DNA of 43,983 nucleotides from Candidatus Moranbacteria bacterium GW2011_GWE1_49_15. GTDB lineage: Bacteria; Patescibacteriota; Minisyncoccia; Moranbacterales; GWC2-37-73. The translations under genes were made by a program, and so were the position numbers. The stretch is taken from NCBI GenBank assembly GCA_001003855.1, contig LCPX01000011.1, positions 3,681 through 47,663 of the forward strand, written 5' to 3'. Shown here piece after piece: positions 42,589 to 43,983 of this stretch. Position 1 is the stretch's first letter. Each line of letters opens with the position of its first letter. A model generated the notes under the pieces. The model ran no database searches. It was not told the DNA's origin and saw nothing but the letters and a program-made list of their open reading frames with translations.

Positions 42589-42705
42589 TAGGACTTACGC
42601 GTTTGATCGCGGCAAGAATGAGTGTTTGCGCTTCCGGCTCCACCAGTTGGCGGACGGCGGAGCGCATAGAGGCTCGTTTGAGCAAGAGCGAACGTGTAAG
42701 TCCTA
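42589..42705. repeat. MITE-like palindromic element, copy B (117 nt)
   Basis: taggacttacgcgtttgatc...gagcgaacgtgtaagtccta is TA-bracketed. The arms match the reverse complement of 3122-3214. The apex carries an extra GC-rich hairpin. It lies 19 nt upstream of the start codon at 42569. Confidence 0.65.
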
Positions 42706-42780
42706 TTTTTATATTTTTTCACACTGAGCTCCCATCATAACCCATATCGGAGGATTTGAAAAGACCCGGACGCTCCCGAC

Positions 42781-42801
42781 AAAAAATCGCCCGGGGGCGA
42801 T
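42781..42801 (-). terminator. Rho-independent terminator of 42849..43325
   Basis: atcgccc / gg / gggcgat, with tttttt on the minus strand. Confidence 0.7.
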
Positions 42802-42848
42802 GAATTGCTTGAATTTTATTCAGCACCGGACCGTTCCTACGCTCTCTC

Positions 42849-43325
42849 TCAGAAGACCGACCTGGAAGCCATGAAACCCAAGGACACCAAGGTGGTGACA
42901 AGGCCGCCCGCGGCCAGTATTCCCAAGAAAATGACCCCGATCGCCCTCCAAAAAGGTACTCCCAGTATGTAAGCCGCCACGGCTCCGCTCCAGGCTCCGG
43001 TCATTGGCAACGGCACGGCTACGAAAACGAACAAGGCCACCTCCATCCATTTCTTCTCATGGAAATGATCCATATGCTTCCTTTGTGAACGCTCCAGAAC
43101 CCAAACCATGAAACGGTTGAAGTGGTATGATTTGTGCATCAGATATTCGGAAAATCTCTGCAAGAAAAAAAGGAAAGGTACGATCAAAAAGATGTTGCCC
43201 AAAACCGCGATAAAATAGGCCTTGAGCGGGGAAAAATGGAAAACTCCCATCGCCAAAGGTATCGCCCCCCTAAGCTCCAATATGGGCGCCGCCGCCGTTA
43301 AAAAAGTTATTATTTCCTGGTTCAT
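42849..43325 (-). CDS. Small membrane protein, COG2426 / putative small multidrug export family
   Basis: 158 aa with AAAPILELRGAIPLA and the family-typical TM layout. Confidence 0.75.
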   Translation of the reverse strand: MNQEIITFLTAAAPILELRGAIPLAMGVFHFSPLKAYFIAVLGNIFLIVPFLFFLQRFSEYLMHKSYHFNRFMVWVLERSQRKHMDHFHEKKWMEVALFVFVAVPLPMTGAWSGAVAAYILGVPFWRAIGVIFLGILAAGGLVTTLVSLGFMASRSVF

Positions 43326-43404
43326 TTGTTGTCTTGTTTTATGTTTTTATTTCAATGACTTCGATAAGTCTACGCTAAAAACGATTTTTTATCAACCCCT
43401 GGCG

Positions 43405-43983
43405 CTACTCCAAAAGCTTGGAATATTTATTTTTAGCTTCATTGAAAGAGGACATTTTGCTTTCATCCAGGGGCGCCCCCTTCGGAAGATCCAGCTTCAG
43501 CGGATTGATCGGGGCTCCGTCCAATTTCATACCGAAATCGAGATGCGGTCCGGTCGACCACCCCGTCGATCCGACATAACCGACGACCTCGCCCTGCGAA
43601 ACCCTCTTGCCAGCCACCATCCCCTTGGCGAAAGCGCTGAGGTGCCCGTAGTGCGTCGTGTAACCGTTGTCATGGCTGATGCGCACTATGTTCCCCCAAC
43701 CCGTCTCAAATCTCGCGCTCGTCACCGTTCCGCGAGCTGTCGAGACGACCGGGGTTCCCGTCGGGGCGGCGTAATCGATCTGGTAATGGGCGGTTACGGT
43801 TTTCGTGATCGGATGCATGCGGGCTCCGGTGTATCCCGAAGTGATCCTGCTGAAACTCAAGGGGGCCTTCAAAAACTGCCTTTCCAAAACGCGACCCTCC
43901 TCGTCATAATATCCGCCGCTTCCATCGTTATCGAAATAATAGGCGTAATGCGATTTTCCGTCGTTTATGAATCTGGCCGCCAA
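43405..43983 (-). CDS. M23 family metallopeptidase, 5' end outside the window
   Basis: It has HYGHLS and GSTGWSTGPHLDF motifs. The ORF stays open to the window edge. Confidence 0.88.
   Translation of the reverse strand: MAARFINDGKSHYAYYFDNDGSGGYYDEEGRVLERQFLKAPLSFSRITSGYTGARMHPITKTVTAHYQIDYAAPTGTPVVSTARGTVTSARFETGWGNIVRISHDNGYTTHYGHLSAFAKGMVAGKRVSQGEVVGYVGSTGWSTGPHLDFGMKLDGAPINPLKLDLPKGAPLDESKMSSFNEAKNKYSKLLE

Noticed and set aside
41598-42740. 380-aa plus-strand ORF overlapping the ABC-F gene and the repeat element.
   Set aside because: It is antisense to a textbook double-ABC frame, and it runs through the palindromic element and the intergenic region.

Overview
This 44-kb window looks like a reduced-genome bacterium of the Patescibacteria/CPR type. 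That is an inference from small housekeeping genes, a 3,012-aa surface protein, a four-helix-bundle (23S rRNA IVS-type) gene and AT-rich repeat islands. No rRNA, tRNA or CRISPR array was found. About 40 protein genes are supportable, mostly on the minus strand. Recognisable ones include engB, obg, msrB-msrA, two M23 peptidases, cold-shock and RRM RNA-binding proteins, an ABC-F ATPase, Nudix, PgeF/YfiH, DoxX, DUF389, DUF1360, DM13, SET and two cupins. Most intergenic gaps contain clear hairpin-plus-T-tract terminators, and several contain extended -10 (TGnTATAAT) promoters. The main points of interest are: (1) a nucleotide-sugar dehydrogenase, a HasA/Alg8-like synthase fused to an AlgG-like C5-epimerase beta-helix, and a secreted beta-helix protein; (2) a second polysaccharide gene fusing GH18-like, CE4 deacetylase and GT2 domains, with each polysaccharide locus sitting next to one copy of a paralogous secreted protein of unknown family; (3) an IS200/RAYT-like Y1 transposase gene with an in-frame TAG, invaded in frame by three 35-nt palindromes and flanked by a second palindrome family; (4) a 93-117-nt MITE-like palindromic element sitting 18-19 nt upstream of two start codons; (5) inverted-repeat AT-rich islands, one of which carries the four-helix-bundle gene; (6) apparent lesions in dus and in the synthase 5' end.
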